DNA of 64,000 nucleotides from Limisphaerales bacterium (GTDB taxonomy: Bacteria > Verrucomicrobiota > Verrucomicrobiia > Limisphaerales > JACDHS01): contig JBKJKE010000132.1 of assembly GCA_046597605.1 (NCBI GenBank), forward strand, positions 3,769 through 67,768, read 5' to 3'. The stretch's first letter is position 1, and every line of letters begins with the position of its first letter. Made by a program: the position numbers and the translations under genes. Of the stretch, positions 39,901 through 49,929 are shown piece by piece. The notes under the pieces are model-generated. The model made no database searches. It worked only from the letters and a program-made list of their open reading frames with translations, and had not been told where the DNA came from.

Positions 39901-40994
39901 TGCAGGATAAATCGACAACGGACCGTTCCTATGCGGTAGAAGCGACCGGGCTGTCGCGGCGCTTTGGAACAGTAGCGGCTTTGGATGACGTGTGTCTTTC
40001 GATTCGAAAGGGAGAATTCTTTTCACTGCTAGGCCCTTCGGGTTGCGGCAAAACGACACTACTGCGTTTGATTGCAGGGTTGGATTTTCCCCACGCCGGA
40101 AGCCTTCACATTCTGCAGCGTGATGTGGTTGATTGGCCTGCCCACCAACGCCCCGTCAACACAGTCTTCCAGTCTTACGCTTTGTTTCCGCACATGACCG
40201 TGCGCGAAAATGTTGCTTTCGGGTTGCGGATGAAAAAGATCGCTGGGGCCGAAATTGATGACCGGGTGGCGAAGAGCCTCGCTTTGGTTCAGATCACTGA
40301 GCTCGCCCGGCGGTGGCCCGATCAGATTTCAGGTGGCCAGAAACAACGGGTAGCCCTAGCTCGCGCGCTGATCAACGAACCTAAGATTCTGCTATTGGAT
40401 GAACCACTCGGTGCCCTCGACCTAAAGCTGCGTAAACAATTGCAAATTGAACTTCACCAATTGCAGCGCAAGCTTGGTATTACTTTCGTTTACGTAACCC
40501 ATGATCAGGACGAAGCGTTGACGATGAGTGACCGCATCGCTGTCATGGATCATGGAAAAATTGAACAGGTGGGCACTCCGGAAGAACTATACGAGAGACC
40601 AAAAAACCGCTTCGTCGCTCATTTTCTGGGTTGCTGTAATTTGATCGAAGGGCAGGGGAGGACAGAATCGGATGGATCGACGTGGTTGGAATGCCCGGTG
40701 GGGAGGATTGCTTTAGGAGCTGGAACGACAATTGAACGTAGAACGTCGGGTGTCGTTATTCGTCCTGAGAAAACTGTCTTATCGAGAACGTTACCATCTA
40801 ATTCACAGAATTGGTTCAAAGCGGTAATCGACGATGCAATTTACAGCGGAGCAGAGACCCACTATCACTTGCGCGCGGGTGGTCTGCAGATTCGTAGCTG
40901 CGTGTTTAACTCAGTAGAGCACGAACGATTTAAAGTTGGAGAGATGGTTTTCGTTCATTTTCCGTCGACGGCATTGACCCTCCTTAATGAGTGA
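39900..40994 (+). CDS. potA: Spermidine/putrescine ABC transporter ATPase
   Basis: GPSGCGKTT, RPVNTVFQSYALFPHM, SGGQKQR, LLLDEPLGALDLKLR, C-terminal TOBE-like domain. Confidence 0.88.
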   Translation: MQDKSTTDRSYAVEATGLSRRFGTVAALDDVCLSIRKGEFFSLLGPSGCGKTTLLRLIAGLDFPHAGSLHILQRDVVDWPAHQRPVNTVFQSYALFPHMTVRENVAFGLRMKKIAGAEIDDRVAKSLALVQITELARRWPDQISGGQKQRVALARALINEPKILLLDEPLGALDLKLRKQLQIELHQLQRKLGITFVYVTHDQDEALTMSDRIAVMDHGKIEQVGTPEELYERPKNRFVAHFLGCCNLIEGQGRTESDGSTWLECPVGRIALGAGTTIERRTSGVVIRPEKTVLSRTLPSNSQNWFKAVIDDAIYSGAETHYHLRAGGLQIRSCVFNSVEHERFKVGEMVFVHFPSTALTLLNE

Positions 40995-41880
40995 TCCATC
41001 TGGCAATTCCAGGCAGGGCATCTTTTGGATTCGTTCAACGGTCTTGGGAGTTCCTGCGATCTGGCTCTCCCTCTTCCTTCTCATCCCATTATTGATTGTC
41101 TTCGGGATCAGCTTTTTCTCCCGGGGAAATTATGGAGAGATTCAGTTTCCGTTGACGTTTGAGAACTATAAACGACTCGCGGGGTTCGGGGTGTTTGGCT
41201 TCGATTCACTTTATCCGGTGATTCTGCTCCGAAGTCTTCTGCTGGGAGTTGGGACAGTTCTACTTTGCATGGTCTTGGGAGTGCCTCTCGCCTTTTTCAT
41301 TGGACGTCTGCCACTTCGGTTCCGCCACGCAGCACTTATCCTCGTCGTAATTCCGTTCTGGACAAACCTGCTGATCCGCACCTATGCGTGGCAGATCCTG
41401 CTCGCGCCGGAGAGTTGGATCACTCGTTGCGTCCACCTGCTCGGAGTTGGCACTGCGGGTGAACCGCTTTACCCGGGATTACTCGCTGTATTAATAGGGA
41501 TGGTGTGCGACTTCCTGCCATTCTTTGTCCTGCCGCTCTATGCCTCGGTAGAAAAGATCGATTGGATCCTTGCAGAAGCTGCCGCTGACTTGGGCGCGGA
41601 CCGATGGAACGTGTTTCGCTTTGGGATACTGCCCCAAATTATTCCAGGGCTGCTCGCTGGCATAATTCTCGTTTTTTTACCTGCCACCGGGCAATTCGTT
41701 ATTCCGGATCTTCTGGGCGGTGCTAAAACGTTCATGCTGGGGAATGCAATTCAACAGCAGTTCGGTCAAAGTCGGGACTGGCCGTTTGGGGCTGCGTTAG
41801 CATGTTGTGCTCTTGCAATGGTGATGCTGGGACTCTGGTTTTATCTTCGCAAGTCCCGCGGGAAAGGGGAATTGTTGTGA
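40987..41880 (+). CDS. potB: Spermidine/putrescine ABC transporter permease
   Basis: PFWTNLLIRTYAW, EAAADLGA, PDLLGG, DWPFGAA. Confidence 0.88.
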   Translation: MSDPSGNSRQGIFWIRSTVLGVPAIWLSLFLLIPLLIVFGISFFSRGNYGEIQFPLTFENYKRLAGFGVFGFDSLYPVILLRSLLLGVGTVLLCMVLGVPLAFFIGRLPLRFRHAALILVVIPFWTNLLIRTYAWQILLAPESWITRCVHLLGVGTAGEPLYPGLLAVLIGMVCDFLPFFVLPLYASVEKIDWILAEAAADLGADRWNVFRFGILPQIIPGLLAGIILVFLPATGQFVIPDLLGGAKTFMLGNAIQQQFGQSRDWPFGAALACCALAMVMLGLWFYLRKSRGKGELL

Positions 41881-42665
41881 AGCCTCCCTCATTCCGACTG
41901 AGCGTGTTCGCGGGACTCACTCTTCTGTTTCTCTACGCACCAATCGCAGTAGTCATCGTCTATTCGTTCAATGCAGCCAGGTTCGGTGCTGGATGGAGCG
42001 GATTTACCACCAAATGGTATTTCTCTCTCGTTGAGAATCCAGCGGCGATTTCGGCGGCGAAGAACACCTTCTATCTGGCAACGATTAGCACGGTGATTGC
42101 CACAGTGCTGGGAACAATGCTGGCATTTGCGCTAGAGCGGTTTCAGTTTCGGGGTAAGCAGTGGATATCAGGCGCGCTCTACATTCCCGTGTTTCTTCCG
42201 GATATTGTTTTTGCGGCTGCCCTATTGCTGTTTTACTCAGTGACACGGAACTGGTTGCGGATATTTGAACTTGGTCTCACTACGATGGTGATTGCGCACG
42301 TGACATTTCAGATCCCGTTTGTGGCGATTGTGGTGCGGTCCCATTTGGCTGGGTTTGATCGTTCCCTGGAAGAGGCTGCTGGAGATTTGGGTGCGAATGG
42401 CTGGCAGAGTTTTCGCTTCGTGACGTTACCGCTGATCTTTCCGGGCATCCTGGCCGGATCGGCGCTGGCCTTTACCTTGAGCCTGGATGACTTCGTGGTG
42501 AGCTTCTTTACGAGCGGCCCGGGGTCTACCACTTTACCCATCCTGATTTACTCCTCGGTAAAACGTGGCATCACTCCGGAGATCAACGCCCTTTCAACCC
42601 TCATCATCGTTGCGTCCATTGTGGGAACCGTTCTGGTCCATCTGGCTCATCGCGGGCGGAAGTAA
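41877..42665 (+). CDS. potC: Spermidine/putrescine ABC transporter permease
   Basis: FLYAPI..YSFN, GFTTKWY, LEEAAGDLGA, FTLSLDDFVVSFF, PEINALST; GTG start overlaps the potB stop. Confidence 0.88.
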   Translation: MKPPSFRLSVFAGLTLLFLYAPIAVVIVYSFNAARFGAGWSGFTTKWYFSLVENPAAISAAKNTFYLATISTVIATVLGTMLAFALERFQFRGKQWISGALYIPVFLPDIVFAAALLLFYSVTRNWLRIFELGLTTMVIAHVTFQIPFVAIVVRSHLAGFDRSLEEAAGDLGANGWQSFRFVTLPLIFPGILAGSALAFTLSLDDFVVSFFTSGPGSTTLPILIYSSVKRGITPEINALSTLIIVASIVGTVLVHLAHRGRK

Positions 42666-42679
42666 CTAACGAGGGAAAA

Positions 42680-42772
42680 TCACCTCCAAAAAATCCAACA
42701 GAGCAATCCTATCACACAGGCCGTAAGCGCTGCACCGACGACTATCAATGGCATGCCGACACTTGAGCTCAT
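42680..42772 (-). CDS. Putative 30-aa hydrophobic peptide (copy 2)
   Basis: Hand translation MSSSVGMPLIVVGAALTACVIGLLCWIFWR*; purine-rich GAAAGAGAT before the ATG. Confidence 0.5.
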   Translation of the reverse strand: MSSSVGMPLIVVGAALTACVIGLLCWIFWR

Positions 42773-42807
42773 ATCTCTTTCAATATTTTTGCAGCCGAGA
42801 GCAATTA

Positions 42808-42900
42808 CTACGACTTACTCAATTGCCATGCCATCAATCCGGTTATCAGTATACCAGCGACGAGCACGATCAGGGGCCAAATGGCTACTGTGGTTCTCAT
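42808..42900 (-). CDS. Putative 30-aa hydrophobic peptide (copy 1)
   Basis: Hand translation MRTTVAIWPLIVLVAGILITGLMAWQLSKS*, double stop TAG TAA; AAAGAGG upstream. Confidence 0.5.
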   Translation of the reverse strand: MRTTVAIWPLIVLVAGILITGLMAWQLSKS

Positions 42901-43130
42901 GTTCTCATTTAAACCTCTTTGGGAACACGGGACAATCAGGGGACAGGCACAAGATCTCTCGTGTCCAGGAGTAGTCAAAATCCAGACAGAGTCGTCTTCA
43001 GTAGGGGAAATCCCTGAGAGTGAGCATAAAAAAGTAGGTAACAGGAGAAACTATTTTAATATCGGTATCTTTGCGCGTCCCCGGGTGAACTATTTACGGA
43101 GATTCGCGATGAAGAAAGAAAGATTCAGAG

Positions 43131-43216
43131 TGGTACCGGCGGAGGGGCTCGAACCCCCACGTCCAAAGGACACCAGATTTTGAGTCTAGCGCGTCTGCCA
43201 ATTCCGCCACGCCGGC
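43131..43216 (-). tRNA. tRNA-Leu(CAA)
   Basis: Reverse complement GCCGGCGTGGCGGAATTGGCAGACGCG CTAGA CT-CAA-AA TCTGG ... GGTTCGAGCCC ... CGCCGGT ACCA; 86 nt. Confidence 0.97.
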
Positions 43217-43297
43217 ACCCGAATCCTCATATCGCAAAGTTAATTGCGACTGAGCGGCGAAATATAAGAAGGTTTTTTATAAAGGCAAGCCTCTATC

Positions 43298-44179
43298 TCA
43301 GAACTTCATTTCGACACCTTCCCGAGCCGCGAAAATGGAAATTTTAGATCCGAATCGGGTGGCACGATCACAACAAAGGCGCACTTTGGCGTCCACCTGG
43401 CTATCGCTGCATTCCGGGTCGTGATGGTAGAGTGCCAGATTCTTCACATCTCCCTTGATGGCAAGGTCGGTGACAGAGATGCATGTCGAATGCCCCCAGC
43501 CCTTTTTGTCGGCGTATTCGTTGTCATCGTATTGCGCATCTGCGATCAGCAGATCTGCATCACGCACATATTCGACTAATTCCGATGGCACTCGACGCAG
43601 TCCGCCGTCGTTGTACATATCTGGAAATTTGTCTCCCGGCTGTATCTCCAATTCGTTATCGGTGAGATAAACGATCTTGCGACCACCTTTTTCGAAAATG
43701 TAACCCACGCAACCTCCAGGATGATTCAAAGGAATGGTTCGCACACAGACTCCCTCAATTTCCTTGCCACCGCTTTCGAATGTATCAGAAACGATATTTG
43801 CACCGAGATGCTGAAAGGAAACCGGAAAGTAATCCGAGCTCATCTGTCCGGAGAGCACGGCGTGTGGGCTGTTTGGTCCACCGCTTTTTCCATAAACCCG
43901 AAGGCGGGTGGTGTCGAGATAGGCTGGAGCGAAGAAGGGAAAGCCCTGGATATGATCCCAGTGAGTATGCGTAATCAATAGATGCATCTCGGTTGGAACG
44001 GGTGTTCGCAAGGCTAAATCTTTTCCGAGCTCTCGGATGCCGGATCCAGCGTCGCAGATGAAAATGGTTTTATCGAAGCGAACTTCGACACAAGAGGTAT
44101 TCCCGCCGTAAACGCGGGTCCAACTGGCAGGTGTTGGAATGGAACCCCGCGTTCCCCAAAATTTTACAAAGACAGCCAT
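43298..44179 (-). CDS. MBL-fold metallohydrolase (ElaC-like/cyclic-nucleotide phosphodiesterase-like)
   Basis: FWGTRGSIP, YGGNTSC, DAGSG, THTHWDHIQG, HPGG, TDNE, GWGHS, HHDP. Confidence 0.88.
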   Translation of the reverse strand: MAVFVKFWGTRGSIPTPASWTRVYGGNTSCVEVRFDKTIFICDAGSGIRELGKDLALRTPVPTEMHLLITHTHWDHIQGFPFFAPAYLDTTRLRVYGKSGGPNSPHAVLSGQMSSDYFPVSFQHLGANIVSDTFESGGKEIEGVCVRTIPLNHPGGCVGYIFEKGGRKIVYLTDNELEIQPGDKFPDMYNDGGLRRVPSELVEYVRDADLLIADAQYDDNEYADKKGWGHSTCISVTDLAIKGDVKNLALYHHDPECSDSQVDAKVRLCCDRATRFGSKISIFAAREGVEMKF

Positions 44180-44182
44180 GGT

Positions 44183-44542
44183 TTAACCTTCGTGGAAAAT
44201 GAATGCACAGTCTGCGACTTGAATCACGTCGCCTTCGCGAAGCGTGGCCGAATAGATTTTGATGCCATTCAAAAAAACTCCGTTATGACTGTCATTATCT
44301 CGAATCGCGTAGTCCGTGCCCTGGCGTGTGAGAAAGGCATGTTGCCGCGAGGCTCGCGGGGACGCCACAGTGATATCCGCCTGCTCTGATCGCCCAATCA
44401 CCAGTTCTTTTTTTGACAGGGGAATACGCTGAGGAGCTCCAACGCCTTCGATTTGCTCGAGGAAGAACGGTCGTAAGTCTCGCTCCCGCCGCATCAGGTA
44501 GATGCTGGTGGCTTGGTTGGCATCGAATTGAGGTGTGTTCAT
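44183..44542 (-). CDS. Stand-alone FHA-domain protein
   Basis: IGRS, SRQHA, DNDSHNGVFLNG, LREGDVI. Confidence 0.9.
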   Translation of the reverse strand: MNTPQFDANQATSIYLMRRERDLRPFFLEQIEGVGAPQRIPLSKKELVIGRSEQADITVASPRASRQHAFLTRQGTDYAIRDNDSHNGVFLNGIKIYSATLREGDVIQVADCAFIFHEG

Positions 44543-45023
44543 TGAACTAACACGGATTCTAAGATCAGAATGTCCTGAACTTTGATGCCTGAGAAGTTTT
44601 ATTTTTAGGTGTCTGCCCTAGTTGAAGGAGGTAAGGGTACAGGTCTTACGAATCTTACCAATACCCATCGCACAACCCGCTACCCACCGGAATCCCTGGA
44701 AAATTGGTGGAAACGGGGATCTTCTTCCGTCGGATTTTCTCGTCGGTTTTCGGATTTCTCCGGTGATAATCGTTGATTTGCTGGTGTTTTAGGCCGAACG
44801 AGGGGGTTCAGGCTGTTTCTGTGGCAACAACGGGCATGGAGGGGGGGATCCTGGCTTTGGTTATCGGTGTGTTTTCAACGGCCAGATAGGCCCGCACTGG
44901 CCGCGGCAAACGACGGCATCTTGGGCGTAGACACCCCCTCTGAATTCCCCGCGGCATTGGTAGCACCAAACCCGTATTGTTTCCTTCCATTCAAAGTTTA
45001 GCTTTTACCTGAAGGAGGAACTC

Positions 45024-45947
45024 ATGCGTCACGTATCCGAACTGGAGGTTGCGGGAAAGCGGTTGCAGGTATCGAACCTGCAGAAGGTTCTCTATCCCAA
45101 GGCTGGCTTCACCAAAGGGGATGTCATTGACTACTACATTCGCATTTCACCCTTCCTCCTGCCGCATTTGAAGGATCGTCCTTTGACCTTGAAACGCTAC
45201 CCAAATGGAGTCGAAGCCGAATTCTTCTACGAGAAAAAGTGTCCCTCTCACCGACCCCTGTGGGTGAATACAGCGAAGGTATGGAGCGAGGGGAACAACG
45301 CCGATATCAACTACTGCATGTGCAATGACCTGCCGACCCTGGTCTGGGCGGCCAACCTTGCTGACTTGGAATTGCATACATCTCTCTCTCGTTATCCCAA
45401 AGTGATGGTGCCGACCGTGCTGGTTTTCGATCTGGACCCGGGAGCGCCTGCTGACATTGTGCAATGCTGTCAGGTGGGCGTTTGGATCAGGAAAATTTTC
45501 GAAGAAATGGGTTTGGAATGTTATCCGAAGACATCGGGTTCCAAGGGGTTGCAAGTGTACGTGCCGTTAAACACCACCACGACCTATGAAGACACAAAAG
45601 ATTTCGCCAGACGGATCGCTGAACGTCTCGAACGTGAGCATCCTGAGCTGGTCGTCTCCAAAATGGCAAAAGCCCTTCGTAAAGGGAAAATTTTGGTCGA
45701 TTGGAGTCAAAACGACGATCATAAAACCACAGTCTGCGTCTATTCGTTACGCGCTAAGGATCAGCCCACGGCCTCCACTCCTGTGACATGGGAGGAAGTC
45801 GCTCGAACCTTGAAGAAACACGATGCGCAGAGATTGGTTTTCACCTGGGACATGGTTTTGAAGCGGGCCGAAAAAGATGGCGACCTCTTTGAACCTGTTC
45901 TCACAAAAAAGCAAAAACTCACACCGAAGATTCTGAAGTCGGTTTGA
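45024..45947 (+). CDS. NHEJ LigD polymerase/primase (LigD-Pol) stand-alone domain
   Basis: SNLQKVLYP, RYPNG, FYEK, ELH, FDLDPG, KTSGSKGLQV, VDWSQN, YSLRA, STPVTWEE; GGAGG RBS. Confidence 0.93.
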   Translation: MRHVSELEVAGKRLQVSNLQKVLYPKAGFTKGDVIDYYIRISPFLLPHLKDRPLTLKRYPNGVEAEFFYEKKCPSHRPLWVNTAKVWSEGNNADINYCMCNDLPTLVWAANLADLELHTSLSRYPKVMVPTVLVFDLDPGAPADIVQCCQVGVWIRKIFEEMGLECYPKTSGSKGLQVYVPLNTTTTYEDTKDFARRIAERLEREHPELVVSKMAKALRKGKILVDWSQNDDHKTTVCVYSLRAKDQPTASTPVTWEEVARTLKKHDAQRLVFTWDMVLKRAEKDGDLFEPVLTKKQKLTPKILKSV

Positions 45948-45954
45948 TTTACGA

Positions 45955-47667
45955 GTGAAGAAGACTGTCCATGATGAATCCGCTGGTGCCTTGAAGGAAT
46001 ACAGGCGTAAACGCGATTTCTCTCAAACAGCCGAGCCAACCGCCGCGATTAAAAAATCCTCTGCAGTCAAAGAGTTGATGTTCGTGATTCAAAAGCACGA
46101 TGCGACCCGCCTGCATTACGACTTTCGTTTGGAAATGGAAGGGGTTCTCAAATCGTGGGCCGTGCCCAAAGGTTTGCCCGCAAAACGGGGGGACCGACGA
46201 CTCGCCGTGCACGTTGAAGATCACCCTATGGATTATGCTCGGTTCGAGGGAACCATTCCTCCCGGGAACTATGGCGCGGGGACGGTGATGGTCTGGGATA
46301 TAGGAACCTACGAGGTGAAAGATGTCGATCCGCTAAAGGCGCTTAAAGCAGGGAAGTTTCATGTCATCCTGAAGGGTGCGAAACTCAAAGGAGAATGGGC
46401 TTTGATCCGGATGAAGCCTCGTCCCGGAGAGGATAAAGATAATTGGCTCATCTTCAAAGCCGGCGAAGACATGGAACCACTTTCCGCGAAGAAAGATGAT
46501 GAGTCAGTTGTGAGCAAGCGGTCCATGAAGAAGATTGCCTCCGAGAACAAAGCGCAGTGGCAAAGTCATCGCCCTGCTTCCAACGCCAAAATGGTGCATA
46601 CCAGAATCTCGGATGCGATTGAAAAGCGGAAGGTGGCGGCAACCACGCCCTCAACCAGGAAGAAAGGGAGGAATTCCTCCGTGAAATTGCGTTTCGTAGA
46701 GCCGATGAAATGTAAGCTGGTAGAGTCTCCGCCTCATGGAAAGGACTGGATCTTTGAGATCAAGTTTGATGGCTTCCGCGCGCTTGCTTTGAAAAACGGC
46801 ACGGAGGTGCAACTTCTTTCACGATCGAACAAGAGTCTGAACGAGCGGTTCCCAGAGATTGTGCAAGCTGTATCCGAGCTCCCGTTCGAAAGCGGTATTG
46901 TGGATGGAGAAATTGTTGCTCTGGATCCGGAAGGTCGCTCTTCTTTTCAGTTATTGCAGATGGCCAACATGCGCGGTCAACAGGCCCCGCCACTTTGTTT
47001 TTACGCGTTCGATTTGCTCGAGATCGAAGGCCGCGACTTGAAGGACCTTCCTTTGCGGCAGCGTAAAGAGGTGCTCAAGGAGATGCTCCCCGCAGCCGAC
47101 GATAAAGTGAGGTTCTCCGGCAGTATCGAAGGTGATCCGGAACGATTGCTGGGTGAAGTGAAGCGGCGTTGCCTTGAAGGAATCATTGCGAAGAATCTGG
47201 ATTCGACCTACGAGGCGGGGCAACGCAGCGGGTGTTGGAAGAAAATCAAAGTCATCAATACACAGGAGTTTGTGATCGGGGGCTACACAGAACCGAAAGG
47301 TTCGCGCGATTTTTTCGGCGCGCTTCTGATCGGTTACTATGAAGGCGGGAAGCTCATGTTCGCTTCGAAAGTGGGGACAGGCTTTGACCAGGCGCTTCTC
47401 AAATCGCTCCATCAAAAATTTCAAAAATTCAGGCAGACTGAATGTCCCTTCGTGAACTTACCCGTTGCCCGAAAGGGACGTTACGGGCAGGGGGTCACGC
47501 CTGCAGAAATGAAGAGATGCAGTTGGGTCGAACCGAAATTAGTCTGCCAGCTCGCCTTCACCGAATGGACCCGAGATAGCGGACTGCGACACCCGGTGTT
47601 CCAGGGATTGCGGGAAGACAAGGATGCCAAGGAGGTTCGCAGGGAAACCGTCTCACGGGAGAGTTGA
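45955..47667 (+). CDS. ligD: NHEJ DNA ligase D (3'-phosphoesterase plus ATP-dependent ligase domains)
   Basis: FVIQKHDATRLHYDFRLE, SWAVPKG, VEDHP (PE domain); EIKFDGFR, DGEI, FDLL, EGIIAK, VGTGF, LRHPVFQGLREDK. Confidence 0.93.
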   Translation: MKKTVHDESAGALKEYRRKRDFSQTAEPTAAIKKSSAVKELMFVIQKHDATRLHYDFRLEMEGVLKSWAVPKGLPAKRGDRRLAVHVEDHPMDYARFEGTIPPGNYGAGTVMVWDIGTYEVKDVDPLKALKAGKFHVILKGAKLKGEWALIRMKPRPGEDKDNWLIFKAGEDMEPLSAKKDDESVVSKRSMKKIASENKAQWQSHRPASNAKMVHTRISDAIEKRKVAATTPSTRKKGRNSSVKLRFVEPMKCKLVESPPHGKDWIFEIKFDGFRALALKNGTEVQLLSRSNKSLNERFPEIVQAVSELPFESGIVDGEIVALDPEGRSSFQLLQMANMRGQQAPPLCFYAFDLLEIEGRDLKDLPLRQRKEVLKEMLPAADDKVRFSGSIEGDPERLLGEVKRRCLEGIIAKNLDSTYEAGQRSGCWKKIKVINTQEFVIGGYTEPKGSRDFFGALLIGYYEGGKLMFASKVGTGFDQALLKSLHQKFQKFRQTECPFVNLPVARKGRYGQGVTPAEMKRCSWVEPKLVCQLAFTEWTRDSGLRHPVFQGLREDKDAKEVRRETVSRES

Positions 47668-47754
47668 GCGTCGTTTTGTATGACGACAGTTTGAGGGTGG
47701 AACCTGATTGTTATCTCCATTTCCAGGAGCACGTTCCCTCCAGGAGTTGATATT

Positions 47755-49320
47755 ATGAACGATCATTCTGGAGAACACGAATCCATTTGGATGGCGACTT
47801 CAAAGGTGCCGCAATTTCCCTCTCTCACTGAAGACACCCGGGCGGATGTCTGCATTGTGGGCGCGGGGATGGCTGGAATTTCCACCGCCTACATGTTGAT
47901 CCGCGAAGGAAAAACCGTCGTCGTCCTGGACGATGGACAAATTGGCTCCGGGGAAACCGAGCGAACTACCGCGCACATCTCCAACGCTTTTGATGATCGA
48001 TATTTCGAAGGTGAGCGGATGCATGGACAACGCGCGTCACAACTGGTAGCAGACAGTCATACTACTGCCATCTCGCGAATTGAATTCAACGCGTTCTCCG
48101 AAAAGATCGATTGTGATTTCAAACGCCTGGACGGCTTCCTGTTTGTTCCAAAAGGTGAGTCGACGAATATTCTGGAACGCGAACTGGCGGCATGTCATCG
48201 CGCGGGATTGATGGATGTGGAATGGGTTGAGCGGGCGCCGATCGATTCATTCAATACCGGCCCCTGTCTGCGTTTTCCCCGACAGGGACAATTCCATCCG
48301 ATGAAATATATGCAGGGAATGGCGCAGGCAGCGGTGCGGAAGGGAGCGAGAATCTATTGCGGAACCCACGTGAAAGAGATTAAGAGCGGTTCCCCAGCGA
48401 AGATCATTACAACTTCCGGGCATACGGTTGAAGCGGCCTCTGTGGTTGTGGCCACAAATTCTCCGGTAAACGATCGGGTTGCAATTCACACAAAGCAGGC
48501 ACCGTATCGGACCTACGTCATCGGTGCCCGTGTGCCTCTTGGTTCGGTGCGAATGGCACTTTACTGGGACACCCTCGAGCACTACCACTATGTCCGGCTG
48601 CAGCACAATGTAGATCAGTTTGGCCTGGAATATGATGTGTTGATCATAGGAGGAGAGGATCATAAGACGGGGCAACTTCCAGAACTTGGCACCCCCTTTG
48701 CGAACTTGGAAAAATGGGCTTTCGAACGTTTCCCGATGATTCAGGGAATTGAGTTTCGCTGGTCCGGGCAGGTGATGGAACCAACTGATGCTCTCGCCTT
48801 TATTGGCCTTAATCCAGGCGATGAAAATATTTACATCTGCACAGGCGATTCAGGGCAGGGGATGACGCATGGTACTATTGCTTCCATCCTGATTACCGAC
48901 CTGATTCTGGGACGACAGAATGATTGGGCGAAGGTTTACGATCCTTCCCGCGTTACGATCCGCGCTGCTGGTGAATTCACCCGCGAGAATCTGAACGTGG
49001 CCAAAAAATATGGTCAGTGGCTTATTCCGGGGGAGGTTGCTTCCGTCGATGAAATACCGCCCGACAGCGGGGCGATCATCCGGCGTGGCCTTACAAAGAT
49101 TGCGGTCTATCGAAGTAAGAATGGCGAGCTTTATGAGAAGTCGGCCGTCTGCCCGCATCTTGGGTGCGTTCTGCAGTTTAATAACATCGAGAAAACATGG
49201 GATTGCCCGTGTCATGGTTCCCGCTTCGAAAAATTCGGAGCTGTGGTCAACGGCCCATCCATCGTGGATATGAAGGAAGTCAAATCGCACTTCGAAGACG
49301 AAGTGCATCACGAACAATAA
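47755..49320 (+). CDS. FAD-dependent oxidoreductase with C-terminal Rieske 2Fe-2S domain (YhfW-like)
   Basis: IVGAGMAG, QFHP, GGEDHKTG, WSGQ; CPHLGC...WDCPCHGSRF. Confidence 0.92.
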   Translation: MNDHSGEHESIWMATSKVPQFPSLTEDTRADVCIVGAGMAGISTAYMLIREGKTVVVLDDGQIGSGETERTTAHISNAFDDRYFEGERMHGQRASQLVADSHTTAISRIEFNAFSEKIDCDFKRLDGFLFVPKGESTNILERELAACHRAGLMDVEWVERAPIDSFNTGPCLRFPRQGQFHPMKYMQGMAQAAVRKGARIYCGTHVKEIKSGSPAKIITTSGHTVEAASVVVATNSPVNDRVAIHTKQAPYRTYVIGARVPLGSVRMALYWDTLEHYHYVRLQHNVDQFGLEYDVLIIGGEDHKTGQLPELGTPFANLEKWAFERFPMIQGIEFRWSGQVMEPTDALAFIGLNPGDENIYICTGDSGQGMTHGTIASILITDLILGRQNDWAKVYDPSRVTIRAAGEFTRENLNVAKKYGQWLIPGEVASVDEIPPDSGAIIRRGLTKIAVYRSKNGELYEKSAVCPHLGCVLQFNNIEKTWDCPCHGSRFEKFGAVVNGPSIVDMKEVKSHFEDEVHHEQ

Positions 49321-49334
49321 AGCTGACGGCGTTT

Positions 49335-49853
49335 CTATCCTGAAAATGTTGGCGAAGGTTTGAATTGCGCGTTCGCTTCCGCTTCATTCAGAAGCGTTAG
49401 CACCTTCTCGGGCTTATCTGCTGCCAGTAGGTTTTTGCGCAGAACTGGATTCCGCATCAACCTGCTGAGGCGTGCCAGAATGGCCAAATGCTGGGTGACG
49501 GTCGGTGAGATGATGAGGAAAAAAAGTTTGGTAGGTTCTCCATCGAGGGCTCCGAAGTTGACCCCCTCTGGTTGACGACCAAAGATCATTACCGGCCGGT
49601 GGACCAATCCTACAAGGGCGTTGCGCGCATGGGGAATGGCAATGCCGTCGCCGATGCTGGTGCTATGGAGCTGTTCTCGTTCTTTCAGGGCACGGAGCAA
49701 AGTAGCGCGGGCGTCGGTGTTATTCGAAATCTCGGGAATCAGAGCCACTAATTCTTCAAGGACGTCGTCTCGACGGGTTCCTGCCAGTCGCAGCTTGATC
49801 GCTCCGCTTCGCAGCAGTTCAGTTAAAAGGAAAGGAGAAGCCTCCAGATTCAT
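49335..49853 (-). CDS. PTS EIIA domain protein (PtsN/fructose-mannitol type)
   Basis: REQLHSTSIGDGIAIPHAR, FGALDG, HLAILARLSR. Confidence 0.9.
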   Translation of the reverse strand: MNLEASPFLLTELLRSGAIKLRLAGTRRDDVLEELVALIPEISNNTDARATLLRALKEREQLHSTSIGDGIAIPHARNALVGLVHRPVMIFGRQPEGVNFGALDGEPTKLFFLIISPTVTQHLAILARLSRLMRNPVLRKNLLAADKPEKVLTLLNEAEANAQFKPSPTFSG

Positions 49854-49929
49854 GCCAGCAATGTAGGAATGGTTGCGGAGCGTTGCTAGGAAATAAGAAG
49901 TGGAATAAGAGGCAAATCGGTCTGCCGGG

